This document shows, piece after piece, positions 27,961-45,480 of a stretch of DNA of 64,000 nucleotides (position 1 is its first letter; each line of letters starts with the position of its first letter). Origin of the DNA: Stegostoma tigrinum. Lineage: Eukaryota. The notes under the pieces were generated by a model. That model had not been told where the DNA came from. It saw nothing but the letters and a program-made list of their open reading frames with translations, and made no database searches. The translations under genes and the position numbers were made by a program. The stretch covers positions 1,736,001 through 1,800,000 of the forward strand of contig NC_081402.1 of NCBI RefSeq assembly GCF_030684315.1. Reading direction: 5' to 3'.

Positions 27961-29119
27961 CATGGAAAGGAAGGTCGCCTCGCGGCGGTGGGTGTCCATC
28001 GGAGACATCAGCAATGGGACACAGCAGGCCGGGCAGCATCAGAGGGGCAGGGAAGCTGCAGACTCGGCCTGGGACCCTCCTTCAGAAACGCTCCCGATCC
28101 GAAACTTCCGCTTTCCTGCCTCTCTGATGCTGCCCGGCCTGCTGCTCTGTTTCTCCAGCTCCACACCCTGCATCGGCAGTTTTCACTGCCACTGCAGCGA
28201 AGTTGGGTCATTTTAACGTCCCCTCGGCCTGCCCTGCCCCTTAAATATCCCGAAACCCTTCATCACCAGATTTGCAGAGTGTGGTCACTCACTTTCTACT
28301 TCCACATTGACTCTTATGCATTCGCTTGATTCTTTCCTTTTAACATTTCTCCTCCTGTTTACACTTTCAAAATCAGACTAGGAACGGTTCGTCTGCAGAT
28401 TTATTTCCGATTTCGATTTAATTTCAGCCAAATTGAAAAGCGTCCTGCTTTCTCTCCTCAGTTAGGATTGCAACACGGTCGAAAGGCCGCCCCTCATTCA
28501 TTCTTCGAAACAAAATATGGCTGGAATTTCTTCGTCGCATGCCCGTTCAAATTCCCAATGACGGTTTTTTTTTATTGGTTACTCATTTGAATGGAGGAAG
28601 GAAAGAATCAAAGGACAGTGACTTTGGTTATAAGACCCTCATCACATAAAGAGTGGCCAGAGGAGAGTTGTCTGAATATAGAGCTCGTGTAATACAAGAA
28701 CTGTCGGGCAAAAGTTGTAATGCCTGCATTCAGAAGCTGATTGCACATTATTAGGATCTGTTGCAAATCAGGTACTTTAGCAACGGTAGATTCATGAAAA
28801 ATATTAGAAATCGCACTACATCACATTACAGTCCAATAGGTTTATTTGAAAACATAAGCTTTCGGAGCGTGGCCCCTTCATCGGGTGAAGTGAGAGGAAA
28901 AACGCACAGAACACAGAATTTATAAGTAAAGACTCAAAGGGTCACGCAACTGATCAAGATTTATGAAACAAACCTAACATGGTTTTAGATCGCATCAGCT
29001 GAAGATCCAGGAGCCTGAGTTAATGCAATGTGAAGCTAGAGGAAATACAGTAAGTCAGGCAATATCAGAGGGGCAGGAGAGTCAACTTTTAGGGCCTCGT
29101 TCCTTAATCAGGAAGCCGA

Positions 29120-29900
29120 TGTGCTGAGGAATGGCAAATGCAACTCGATACAGTGCTGCAATTTGGAAAGTCGCACCAAAGTAGGAATTCTACTGGAAAT
29201 GGTCAGGCCCTGAGGAGAGATGTGGAACGGGGCGACTAGGAATGCGAGTTTGCGCTTCGTTGCACGTGGCATCACAGCGAGACAGTGCGGTTAAAACGGC
29301 ATTAGGCATGCTGGCCTCCATCAGACGAGGCATTGGCTGTGCGAGTTGAGACGTTATTATACAGTTGTAGAAGTCGTTGGTGAGACCACGCTTCGAGAAT
29401 TGTCTACAATTTTGGTCACCCTGATGAAGGAAAGGCATCGTAAAACCCGAAAGTATGCAATGAAGATTTCCGAGGAATTTGCCAAGACTACTGGGCCTGA
29501 GTTACAGGGAGACGTTGGCTAGTATAGGACTTTAATGCTCGGAACAATGGAGATTGAGGGGCATAGATAGAGCGAACACATACAGTATTTCCCCCAGGAA
29601 TGAGGAATTGAAAACTAGAGGGCATAGGTTAAAGGTGGGAGGGGACAGCTTTACGAAGAAACTAAGGGGCACCTTCCTCATGCAGACAGTGGTGTGTATA
29701 TGGAATGAGCTGCCAGAGAATGCGGTTGTGGGAGGTACAACAGCAACATTTTAAGAACATTTGGATAGGGACATCGATGGGAAAAGTTTTAAAGGAAATA
29801 GACACCATGGGGCATTTGAAACTAGCTGAGTGGGCACCTTGGTCAGTATGGACCAGATTGTGCCAAAGGATTTGTTCCTATTCGGTTTTTTTGTATAACA
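29120..29900 (+). mobile_element. CR1 LINE 3' fragment (CpG-rich)
   Basis: LYKSLVRPRFENCLQFWSP, KTRGHRLKV, VVCIWNELP. Confidence 0.8.
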
Positions 29901-29905
29901 CTGCG

Positions 29906-29929
29906 ACACACACACACACACACACACAC
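29906..29929. repeat. (AC)n microsatellite
   Basis: about 12 AC units. Confidence 0.9.
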
Positions 29930-30363
29930 CCTCTCTCAGCAACACCCACACATACACACGCTCGTGACTCTCCGGGGTGAATCTGTGCATTCTATTTTGT
30001 TCAAAAAGCACGCAAATTATCAACAGTCAGTCAACGTGGCATTTCATAAATCCCTACTTTAGAAATAAATCCAGGCTGACTCTTAACCAAATCAGCCACA
30101 GAATCTAAACAAGGCCTCACACCTAGCATGCATTGTCTGACAGAAAATTCTGCCTCTTCTTTAAGCTATTAGAACCTTCAGTCCTCTTAGGGCCCTGACT
30201 TGAAAGAAATTCGGGTATTTAGATATACGTATGAAACAATTAAAACCGTCCAACTGATTAATGTTTTAACAGCATCTTAGGTTTGCTTAGTGAATCCGCA
30301 TGGGTTATGTGACCTGTTGCTCTTTTATTTATAAATTCTGAGCCTGGCGCTGGCTCTCTCACT

Positions 30364-30402
30364 AACACCTGAAGAGGGAGCGAGGCTCCGAAAGCTCGTG
30401 TT
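30364..30402 (+). ncRNA. Minimal type I hammerhead ribozyme motif (family B Penelope end)
   Basis: AACAC-CTGAAGA-G-GGAGC-gag-GCTCC-GAAA-GCTC-GTGTT: 5-bp stem I, 5-bp stem II, palindromic AGCT stem III, intact core. Confidence 0.65.
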
Positions 30403-30989
30403 TTCAAATGAGCTTGTAGCCATGCGATTTCTGACCGGGTCCACTCCAGTCCGACACCGGCCACCTCCACATCGTGAAATGAAGTGAGCGGAGTTTGATG
30501 GGGGCTAATCCTCCATTCTCAGTTTGCTTGGTGTGTTGTTGAGCCAACAGACTGCTCCGTCAGGGTGATGCTGGGGCTCTGCTGTAGCAGGACATCCAAC
30601 TAGCAATGGGCAAAGTGACACGTGACAAGCCCTGGCGCGAAACCCATTCAGTCAATGAGACAGTAACAACGTGGGCAGCAAAGCGGCTGAGGATCAGGAG
30701 CAGGAGGATCCCAGTGGATGACCGTTTTCCAGACTGCATAGACCCTTATAGCGCAGTTCTCAAGCGGTTCCTGGAACGGTTACTGCTGCTGCATGGAGGC
30801 TGGCGCATGGAACACAGTTTTACAACGTGCAGAGGACGCACAGCCTGGAATAACGACGAAACGTGAGCTGGTTAATGTTGAATCACACAACACCAGAGAC
30901 CAGCGTTTGGAACGTGTCGGAGAGTGTCAGATGGAAATTAATGCAGAATAGTGTGAGGTCACACACTCACGGTTTCATGGGGTTGGACG

Positions 30990-32610
30990 GCTCGGAAACA
31001 CACTCCTGTTCAACTCGTCCGTGCCACCGAGATATCCTCAATTGAACTAGTCCCGGCATGTGGCCCATTTCCCTCTAAAACTGTTCCAAACATGTACAGA
31101 CCCAGATGCATTTTAGATGTTGAAATTGTACCAGACTCCATCATTTCCTCTGGAAGTACATTCCAGACACACACCATCCTCTGCATGCACAAATAACCAC
31201 TTATGTCCCTACTAAAGCTTTCACCTCTCGCTTTATGCCCAGGCCCTCTCGTTTTGGGCTTCCCTAACCTGGAGAATACACCTCGTCTACTCACACTATC
31301 CACACCCCTCATGATTCTATAAGCGTCTATAACGTTACCCCTCAGCCTGCAACTCTCCAGGGAAACTAGCCCTTGCCTGTCAGCCTCCCCCTATCGCTCA
31401 AACACCCCAAATCGGACAACGTCTTTGTAAATAATTCGTGAGGGTTTTCAAGTTTCCCAGCATCATTCCTGTAACAGGGAAGACCTGGATTCAACACAAT
31501 ATTCCAACAGTGGCCTGATCAATGTCCTGTACAGCTGCAAATGATATCCCAGCTCCTGGCCTCAATGCACTGACCAATAAAGGGAAACATTCCAGACACT
31601 TTGGTCACCACCCTGACTTCCTGTGACATCACTTTGGGGGAGTTATCAATCTGCAACTCGAGGTCTTTGTTCAACAACACTCTGAGACCCTGCCATTTAT
31701 TGTACAAGTCCTACCTTGATTTGGCTTCACAAAAGCAGCACTTCACATTTTCATAAATGAAACTCCATCTGCTCCCCTCGACCCATTGGGCTTCCTGACT
31801 GTGGTCCCATTGTACTCTCAGATCGTCCTCTTCAGTGCCTTCTACTTCATTGGCTTTGATGTCATCTGCAAATATACTAACCATTGCTCCTGTATTCACA
31901 TCCAAATCATTTACATAAATGCCAAAAGCAGTGAACCTCGCACTGATCCTTGCAGTTCCATCTGCGCACCAATCTCTGCGCGAAAAAGTTGCCCTCTCAC
32001 CTTCAACACACGCCCTGTAGCTTTGAACTCCCCCACCCCAAGGAAATGACCTTGTCTATTTTCCCTACCTATACACGCCATGATTTAAGAACCTCTAGAA
32101 GGTCACTGCTCAGCCTTCAACGTTCCAGGGAAAATAGCCCCAGACAATTCAAACTGGTCCTGTAGCTCCAAACCTCCAAACCTGGCAACATCCTCCCAAA
32201 TCTATTCTGAACCCTTTTGAGTCTCACAACATCCTTTCTACAGCAGATTTGCACGCAGTGTTCCAAAAGTGGCCTCATCAATGTCCTGTACAGCCGCAAC
32301 GTGACCCTCCCAACTCCTGTACGCAATGCACTGACAAATAAAGCCAGGCATAACAAGCGCCCTGTCGACCTGCAACTCTACTTGCAACGGAGTATGAACG
32401 TGCTCTCCAAGATCGCTTTGTTCAGCAACACTCTCCAGGACCTTCCCATGATGTGTACAAATCCTGCCCTGCTTTGCCTTTCCAAAATGCATCACCTCAC
32501 ATTTATGTAAATTAAACGCCATCTATCTCTCCTCGGACAATTGCTCCATCTGGTCAAGATCCCGTTGTGCTGTCAGCTAAACTTTTCGCTGTCAACGGCA
32601 CCTTCAATTT
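30990..32610 (-). mobile_element. Two adjacent CR1 LINE fragments
   Basis: SIFADD, LYRTLMRPLLEHCV, KCEVMHFG, MVCVWNVLPEE motifs on the minus strand. Confidence 0.8.
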
Positions 32611-35600
32611 TGCAGCAATTAGTCATTCAGCTTATATGATCCTTCGTGTTGTGAACAGACACTTCGTATACAATAGTAGAAGCAAGATCGAGGCATGTTA
32701 ATCCCTGTGCCGGAGAGGTGGCTCATTGGAAGACACGGATTTTAATGATCGCCGAACAAAGCAACAAGCACATGGAGGATTTATTTTATTTTTAACCCAG
32801 CTCGTTGTTCGTACAAAGAATGTGTTGTCTGACAGATAGGTCCATCGAGATCTATTCGTCACTTTCAACAGAGAATTAGTTCGCTTTCTGAGAAGGAATA
32901 AACTGCAGGAAGTGTGAGGTAGAGGGCAGACGTTTGAGAGGGGGATGTGAGAGCAGACTTTTTTTTAATCATTCCGGGCTTGGTTGGAATCTGGAACTCA
33001 CTGCCTGTGAGGTTGTTAGATGCAGCAACCCAAGTACTATTGAAAAAGTACTTGGAAACGCAGCTCTGCTTCCCAGCTGCAAAGTTCTGGTTCAAATGCT
33101 GGGAAACGGAATTTGATTTTCTTTTTAGTCATCGTGGACTGAATGACCTGAAACAGGGTGTTCATCACAGATCTCTATGGCCCCACGACTCAGCACCAGA
33201 ATATAAAAATCAATACATATTTCACAGATTTTAGAGATTGTGCCTAGTTTTATGATGGTTATTCCCGGAATTCTGTGTTTTGATTAATAATATTAACAGC
33301 ATTGGCTGAGTTAGGTTTAGTTTGAATGATCTGTTTTTGTTTGAATGTTTCGAAATGAAGCAAATTGACTTTCCGAAACTGGATGACACTTCAGGCTCAT
33401 GATTATATCGCTGGTAATGTCGACGCGCCTTTGACCAACAGATTTGCTGCCATCAATGAGCGAGGGGCAAGAAAATGAATCAGCTCACCCCCTACTAATT
33501 TTAACCCAAAGAGATCCCAAACCCAGTTGAAACGAATTTTTATTCTGAAAATCCTGTCACTGAACACCAACTGAGACAACTACATCCATTAAACGCCGTG
33601 CAACTTAATCACCGTTCAGCACCATATCTGCAGCGGCCCTTGTGGGACAGTGTACCATGTCTTCCCTCCTGTTAATTACATCTCCAATTTGGCTCTCACT
33701 GTGTCGCCCCAAGTGGGCAGAATGGCCTGCCGCTCCCTTCTCCACATTCCTGCTTTTTGACAAGATTTGTGACGTTGACAAATTTAGTCCAAAAAATCGA
33801 GAAAGGAAGCTGCAGCTCACCAAGATCAGGTCTCGCTTTCTACATCGAACACTTTGAACCCGACTCAGCGCCGGCATTCCGTTCCTTTACCGGGACAGAG
33901 AGAGGATCCTCTTCGTCAGTGAGGAAAGATCCAACGCACTCATTAAATCACAGAGTTCTGCTGTTTGCTACAAGAAAATACTTCATTCCATCTCCATACT
34001 GAGAACAGCCGTCCCTTCGAGCAGCCGGTAACTCTTAATCATCTGATAACAGATATTTCTTGCGCACAACTTAATTGTCACATGATGATCCGTACTTTTA
34101 ATATAGTGGGCCACGTCCGTTTCCTTAAAAATGTGAGATTAGTTTAAAACGCGTTTCCTTTTCTCGTCACTGAAGTTTGCAACATCGAGGATAGCACGCC
34201 TCTCACTTCTTGCTGGTAGAGAATTGTCAGTAGTTTCGGATGTGAAAGCATTTGTGAAATGCTTCTTACAATTGGAGTGATAAGAGTACTAGAGAATGGA
34301 AGCAGGTCCTTCGGCCCTAACTGGCCCACACTGACCAGGTGCCCACTCAGCTCGTTCCAAATCTTTCTATAACCCATTCATTTACTTATCCAAACGTTAC
34401 TGCAATAGTCTCAACCATTTTCTCTGGCATCCCATTCCATATGCACACCACTCCCTGCGGAAAACAGTTGCGCCTCAGGCCCGTCTTAAATGTTTCCCCT
34501 CTCATCTTAAACCTCTAGTTTCCAATTCCCCATCCATTGGAAAAAGTCGAGATGTATTCAACCTATCTGTGCCCCTCACGGTGTTGTGCACCTCAATAAG
34601 TCACCCTCATTCTCTTACATTCCAAAGAATAAAGTCCGAACCTAACCAACCTTTCCTGATAACTGAGCGATTTCTGATCTCGTCCAGCCCCGTCCAACAC
34701 TCGCTCCTCCACATCATCGTTTGAGTAGAGGAAGGAAACGTGCAGAAGTCTGATTGGGTGGGTCATAATTTCCCCCATCCTCCCTGTGGGCGCCAGAGAT
34801 CAATTGGATACATTACCGGCTTGTTCAATGCAAGGGAGTTGAGGGACAGTAGCTTCTGACCAGTAATTGTATTTCCGGGATCGGGAAGTTTCCCGAGGAA
34901 AATTTGCAAAAGCCTCAGAGATCAGCAGCGTTCATCGGCACACGTAATGTGGATTTGGCTTCAGTTATTCCCGAGCAGGCATAAGAATGGCCAGTGTCGT
35001 GCGGTGGTGCTGGTATGAAATGGAATCAGAAATGCACAGGGTGTTTGGACAAAGCGCCATGCACCAAGCTTCCGAACGAAGGTTCACCGAGGTACTCGGG
35101 AAGGTGACACGCCAGAGAACAGAGATTTGAAATGAGCTTCAAAAGGTCACCAGGGGATATACAAAACATGTCTTGAACCCAGCGACAGCCTCGGATGTGG
35201 AATGTGCTGTCAGAGAGAAGGGTCGGAACAGATTTTATTTTGGCTTTCAGTCAAGAAATGGGTCACCGTCTCAAGACTGAGAAAACAAAAAGCCCCCATG
35301 TTGAGATGAAGGGCAAGGCAAAGTGTAGAAGGCTCAGGGGGGACGTGAGAAAGAACCTTGTCTCCCCGAGGCGGGAAGTATTTGGAACTGGCTGCCTGTG
35401 AGAGGTGGAGGTAACGACTCTCATACCGTTGAAGAAATACTGAAGCACGCACTTGAGATACCGAGAACTGCAAGGCAACACGACAAGTGCAGAAAAGGGG
35501 TCAGATATTAGGTGGCTGCCTTTTGACTGGCGTAGGAGCATTGGGCTGAAGGGCCGCTTTCTGCTCTGCAGCTGACTACGACTGTATAGGAAACTGTTGA

Positions 35601-37107
35601 ATTATATACATATTTTCTCCGATTTAGAGATTGAATGTCAGAGAAATTCCATGATGGTCAGTGGGAGCAATTTGGATTTTCAATAGTATTGCTTCCATAT
35701 TTGTCTCAGATAAGATTGTTTGTAATATTGTGGTTCTTTTATTGTTCCTGAATGAATTTGCCCGATGCTTTTTCAGAACCTGAATTATAGCCAGTCTCCT
35801 GAGAATGTAACAAACAATATGACCTCCCCCTTTTAAATTCAGACATTGTGATGATCAGTGGGGAAAGTGCAAAGAAAGGAATTCATTCAACCCTCCTGAC
35901 GCAGAGAGGTTGGTGAGGTGAATCAGTCCCTCGACAGCAAATCCCAATCATAGACCACACTCTGTTCAATTAGTGGAACAGTCAGATCCCAAATGCATAC
36001 GGAACTGTATATCAATAAGAAAGTCATGAATCTGTCCTCGATGGAGCAACTCTGATTCTCTAAATCCTGTTGGTGAAGATGCTGTAGCTTTGAGGTTATT
36101 TTGTCTTTTAAGAAAGAGATAGAGCAAGAGGTGGAAAAGTTGCCTACTGAAGATCACTCCAGTCAACAGCTCGGGACGCTTTGGCCATTTTCGAAAGCAG
36201 CCTTGCTGGGTGTGACCAGCTGTCACAGGTCAGCATTTTGGAATTGTATCAAAAGCTGTTGCGGTGTCAACAGTGTTGGAAGCCTCAGTAAATATCTCAT
36301 GGCTGCCAGTCCATCTGAATTTAGACGATGCTGTTCTCCTCCTGGATTGGATACCTGCATGTGAGAATCTGTGCCTGACATCGCATTTTTACTGAGGATG
36401 CATTCATTAGATGTTACGATGTTGGAACTGTGAATTACTAATATTTACTAAATCTATTATTCAGTTAAGTTTCCAACTGAGTTGTTACTCCAAATTCCTC
36501 TTTCTTTGGTTGTATTTCAACTACAGTGTTTGATTAAATTGCGTTTTGCTCAATGTCAAGGATTTTGGCCGGTTGCATCACATGCAGAACAGGAACTTCA
36601 CATTTGCCTTTAAAATTAATGTAAAGTTCGGTTCCAGGCTGCACTCTGAAAATATTTTCAGTGGGTCTGGTCTGGCCCATAACATGTCACTGACCAATAC
36701 CTCATAATCCCATTCCCTGTACCCAGTTCATCTGATTCCCCTCAGTCCGATCTTCAATGATCAGTTTCCAGTCTTACACTGCCCATCCCTGCCTGCAGCT
36801 CTAATCAATTAACAACTCAATCAGACACAAATCAATGAGATATGTGATGCATTTAATCCAGCCCTCGTAAAGCACAACATGAGAACGACTGAAATATTCA
36901 ATGGCACTTGGTCTGAAGCTGCTTTCTGGATCCATTTGCCTTTACTCATCTTCTTTCCCATAGCCTTCCTCAATCCTTCGTGTGTAATGAGCTCTTAATG
37001 AGACACACTTTCAAAATCATTTAAAATAACTTTATTTCTTAAATATTATTAATAACATCGATATGCATTATAGTTAAAACAGTAAATCGTTGAAATTGTA
37101 ATAAAAC

Positions 37108-40375
<3,268 letters not shown>

Positions 40376-40433
40376 GATCTCCTGTGATCCTGGCAGCTCC
40401 TGGAAATCTGCTGCGTCTCACCGCGCCCCGCGC

Positions 40434-40553
40434 TATTTATACAGAATCCTCCGAAGCCAATTCGAGCTCTGATTGGTCAGTGAGGACAAAGGGATCTGGT
40501 TGCCTGGGGAAACGTCAACACAAAAAGGAACGTTGGTTCGCAGCGCTGATTGG
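40434..40553 (-). promoter_or_regulatory. Core promoter of tubulin copy 2
   Basis: TATAAATA 40434-40441, CCAAT 40472-40476 and 40549-40553. Confidence 0.75.
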
Positions 40554-40749
40554 ATGGTTTTTATAAGCGGGGGAGCCCAGGGGACGGTCTAGCATCTTGT
40601 ACATTTCATGAGGGAAGTCTCTCATTCTGCCAAATCCCCATGGGCAAAGGGCTATCCCAGTCCACCCTTCCCAGAAATGAATCGAACGAGCCTGTCCTGG
40701 GCGGTTTCCAACTCATTAATCTCCCTTTGTAAAATCTCTGCCTCTGCAC

Positions 40750-43700
40750 GTTCATAGAGGCGTACATCGCGGAAACAGGCCCTTGGGTTCAACCTGGCCA
40801 TGACGCCCATAATCCCGAACTAAACTAGTTCCACCCTCTGTTCCTGTTCCGTGTCCCTTCAAACCTTTCCTGCTCGTGTACTTACCCAAAGGTCTTTTAA
40901 ACGTTGCCACTGTGCCCACATCTGGCACTTCCTCAGGAAGTTCATTCCTGACATTGTGTAAATAAGAAATTGCCCCTTGTGTCATTGCTTTTAGACTTCT
41001 CTCCTTTCCCCTTAAAATGTGCTCCTGGTCTTGAACACTCCCATCCTAGTGGAAAGACACTTACCACTTACTTTCTAGATCCTTCTTGATTTTATAAACT
41101 TCAATGAGGTCACCTCTCAACCAGGACCGCTGTGGCTGTGGGGAAACGGCCCCTATCTCTATACTGCACCGCACCCCTTGCAATATTCCACTCGCTTCAC
41201 CTGTCGCACCTGATCTGTTTCTGCAGAGTACGACTCTATGTGTCAAGATCCACAGGTCGCTTTGTGTCTCCAAATTCTCCAATATCGCTGTCTTTTAGCT
41301 GTCTTTGCCAAGGTGGAAGTGCTCATATTTATCCACATTATGTTCCACCTGCCAAATGTTTGCATGCTGTTTTAACCTGTTTACTGTTAATCCAATGATT
41401 GACTTGACCCACATGGAACAGTGAACGATGTTCTTCCTCATTAGAAGTATATCTCAAATTGTATTGTGTTCCCCAACATCTTTGTTTGGCAGAAAGACCT
41501 GCAGTTACCTTTCTGTATTCCTGCTTTTTGACGAGATGCGTTATATTTACAAACCATTGACATCATCCCCAGATCCCAACAGGAATGAACTAATATGATA
41601 CAAAAGCTATACTGTAAATGGCAGGTGCATTGGCATACAGAGGAATCTTGAGGTGCAAGTCCATAGTCCCCTGAAATGGAATAAGGTGGTAAAGAAGGTA
41701 TAAGGTACGATTACCTTCATCTTTCGGGGCAGTGAGTCTAAAAGCTGGCAAATCATTTTGCGCCTGTACAAAACATCTGTTCAGCCTTATCTGGATTATT
41801 TTGTATCCAGTTGTAGTCGCCATACTGTAGGAAGGACTGGGGGCTTTGGAATGGGTGCAGAATAGGTTAACCAGGATGTTGCCTGGATTGGAGTGCATCA
41901 GCTCTACAGAGAAGTTGGACAGTCTTGGATTGTTTTCTCTAGGGCATCGGAGGCTGAGGGGGTGAGCTGATGGACGTATATAACATGATAGAATATTTTC
42001 TCCCAAGGTGAGAGGAGATAGACTGAAATAAGACATGGGTCTTTGCTTGGAATGGACTTCCAGAGGTGCGGTTACAACATTTAGAAGACATTTAGATGAA
42101 TAAGAAATGTTTGAAGGAATATTGGCCAAGTGCAGGTGGGGCGAGTACAGTTGGGGTTATGGTCAGCATGGTTGGACCGAAAAGTTTCCCTACTGTATGA
42201 TTCCATCTCAGGTGAAAATGTCAAATACTAGGAGAATAGGTTTAAGGTATGAGACGAAATGTTTAAAGAATGTGCAGGAGTTCTGTTTACACAAAGGGTG
42301 TCGGGTGCTTGGAACATGCTGCCGAGGAAGAGGTGCGTACAGATATGATCGCGCTTAGAGCCATTTAGACAGATAGGAAACCGGGGGGGTGGGGTTATGG
42401 ATCATGTGCAGGAAAACTAGATTAGTTTAAAATGGAAGCCGAGAGAATGCTGTAAATCAGAAACAAAAAAAAACAGAAAATGCTGGAAAAGCCTGGCAGC
42501 TATGACAGCATCTGTGGTGGAAGAGTAACGTTTCAGTTGGTGTCACTTTTCCTCAGAATTCCCTCAATGGAGAGGGAACGGACTTTAACAGTCTGGGGAG
42601 TACGGGACGGTCAGAGAAGCAAGGTTCCGAAACTTATGAATGAATGGTAATAAGGAACCATTTCTTTCGCTCCAAACCAATGGCATTTGCCGAAGGTTCA
42701 GACTCCGGAGGCACAATTAGGACGATGGTGATGATCAAGGTCCCAATTCATTTCAGCAGAATTCCATGGATTTGGAGAGTCTTGAATGATACCATTAGAA
42801 GCAGACTGGTGTATGGTTTAGATAGAGTCATAGAGCATAACAGCAAGTCCAACCGTGCCAACCATAATCCCAACTAAACTAGTCCCACCTGCCTGCATTT
42901 GGCCCATATTCCTCCAAACGTTGCTTATTCATGCACCTGTATACATGTCTTTTTAATATTGCAACAGTATCTGCATCCATCTCTTCCTCTGGAAGTTTAT
43001 TACACACATGTACCTCTCTCTCTCTGCAAAATAAAAGCCCCATTATTTTAGTCTATCTCCTCTCACCTTAAAAATACTTCCCCTCGTCTTGAAAACCTTC
43101 ATTCCAGAGAAATGATCCATGCCATTCCCCTTATCCATGTCCCTCATGATTGTACAAACCACAACTAACCTCTGGGTGGCACGGTGGCTCAGTGGTTAGC
43201 ACTGAAGCCTCACAGCACCAAGGGCCTGTGTTCGATCCTAGCTTTGGGCTAGTGTTTGCACATTCTCCCCCAAGTCTATTTCCTCCCACACTCCAAAGAT
43301 GTGCAGGTTAGATGGATTGGCCATAGTGTCCAGGATGTGTAGGCTAAACGGATTAGCCAAGGGGAAAAAAATGTACGGTTACAGGCATAGGGTAGGGGTC
43401 TGGGTGCGATGCTCTACAGATGTGCAGTGTGTATTCGATAGGCCAAATGGCCTGCTTCCCCACTGTAGGGATTCTCCTACACTTCAGTGAACAAGGTGCC
43501 AGCCTATCCAACCTCGACCCATGACTCAGTCCCAATGCAGTCACGTTCTCTCTATAATGTAATGACCAGAACTGCATACAGTAATCCAACTGGGGTCTAG
43601 ACAAATTTCTGTACAGGTCCAACATAATCGCCTTACTCTCATAATCCATGCCTTGACTGATGAAGGCCAGTGTACTTCTTAAGCACAATATTAACTTCTT

Positions 43701-44010
43701 CTGTTACCAAGCACCCCAAGATCTCTCTGTTCCTCTATGCCTCCTACAGTCCTGCCATTTATTGAGTACTTCCCGGTCCTTAATCCAAAGTGCATCACTT
43801 CATATTTATCTGGGTTAAATTCTAACCACCAACTAATCTGCTCATCTGACCAATCCTTCTACATTCTCCTGCACCCTAACATCTTCTTCACTGACAACTA
43901 CCCGGCCAATGGGTTCTGCAAATTTATTTGTCACCGTGCCCCCAAAACTCTACATCACTTATGAATATTACCAATAATAAAGGGACCCAGCATTGATCCC
44001 TGCAGTATGC
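40750..44010. mobile_element. Cluster of decayed CR1 fragments in both orientations
   Basis: LRGDLIEVYKI, LYRNLSRPQLDYCMQFWS, RLTRMLPGLE and CR1 3' UTR pieces. Confidence 0.7.
43174..43476 (+). mobile_element. HE1-like SINE (internally deleted)
   Basis: GGGTGGCACGGTGGCTCAGTGGTTAGCACTG head, CTGTAGGGATTC tail. Confidence 0.75.
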
Positions 44011-44899
44011 CGGGTCTTAGTCACAACACAAGACAACTTTATATTACAGTCCTCTTTTTCCTGTCACTAAGTCAACTAAACGTAATGAATTTTCAGGTCA
44101 TTTTTGTCATGATATAATATGTCAAATACGTGTATGAATGAGAGGACAAATTGTAAAGAAAATTTTAAAATTGCAATTTAGAAGCTCAATAAACAGTTTC
44201 AAATGATGGCTACCAGGCCTTCATGAAATCCTTGGAAAAGGGATTATTCACAGAAAAGTTGAACAGTATATAATCGTTCGAAATCTGAAATCACTCATTA
44301 ATTCAAACAGTTTCGGCACACTTCTGGAAATATTCTTTCAAATTAGAATTCTTTCCTCAGAACATTCAGCAATTTTATAACTAGACAGAAACCAGAGACA
44401 GAGCAAAACAAAAGAAGCACAACATACGGAAGCTTTCAACATCATTATTTTCTCTCTTTTCCATCAATGTTGTGATCGGTTGGTAAACATTAGTGTTCCT
44501 TTGACTGACCAACTCAGTAATGAATCAGTTGTCATCCCCAAGAATATAAGCACTCAATGGCCTACAGTGTCCCTTGATCAGTAAGTAAATCATATTACTT
44601 TCCAGGCCAGTCCCAAATAGCAAACATTTGTTTTTGTTCCTCTTCACTTTTAAAATAAGCTGCTGTACAAAGCTCAATTCTTAACTTCACCTCACAGCTC
44701 CAAAACTAAAACAAATAAAAGCAAAACAGTGATGGTCTCTACATGCCTCCACCCTTAAAATACTAAAAGCCATTTCAAACATGCAATTCATGACAAGATT
44801 AACAACATCTAAATGACAAACAAGACACAAAACATGCAGTCATTCAATTCTTCCTCTCACTAGATTCTTAAATGCTACACAACTTTCTTGGTTACATTC

Positions 44900-45480
44900 T
44901 TAAATTTTAATAGTTTACATTCAGGATGAAAGATCAGTATTTGAATATTTTCCCCCCCTCGAAGTACATGCTGTTTACATTGAAAGGTTGCAATAACGAA
45001 CTTGAATGGAACAATCTCAAAATTTCAGATTTAAATCTCTCAATAAACAGATTATAATCAATTAAAAAATCAAAGTCTCATACTTTTCATGTTGAGCATA
45101 AACTTCAAATTGTTGAAGAGCTGCAAACACTACCAATGCACTCTATTTTACAGTTGGATATCTTTTCCAATGCTGACTCAATTCCTCGGGAAAAAAAACT
45201 ACCGGCTTCCCCATTCCAATTTTGTCATCCTGTGGGAAATTGCTCCAATCCCCAAATTGCTAGCGCCAAATTGTAAAAGTTTGTTAACATTAGGTGCCAT
45301 TAAAACAGGTTCATTTGTTAAGGTTGCTTTTAGCTTTTCATAGGCTTTCAGACATTTTATTTTATTGACCATGCCATCCTCAAATGTTTTCTTAGAAAGT
45401 TTGAGTGAATGACAACTGTACAGAGTCAAAGTGCAAAATTCCAACAAAGTCTGACACTCCCAAAAGCCTCATTATTCTCA
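44900..45480 (-). mobile_element. Decayed Gypsy-like RT/RNase H fragment
   Basis: AYEKLKATLTNEPVLMAP..ASNLGIGA. Confidence 0.55.
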
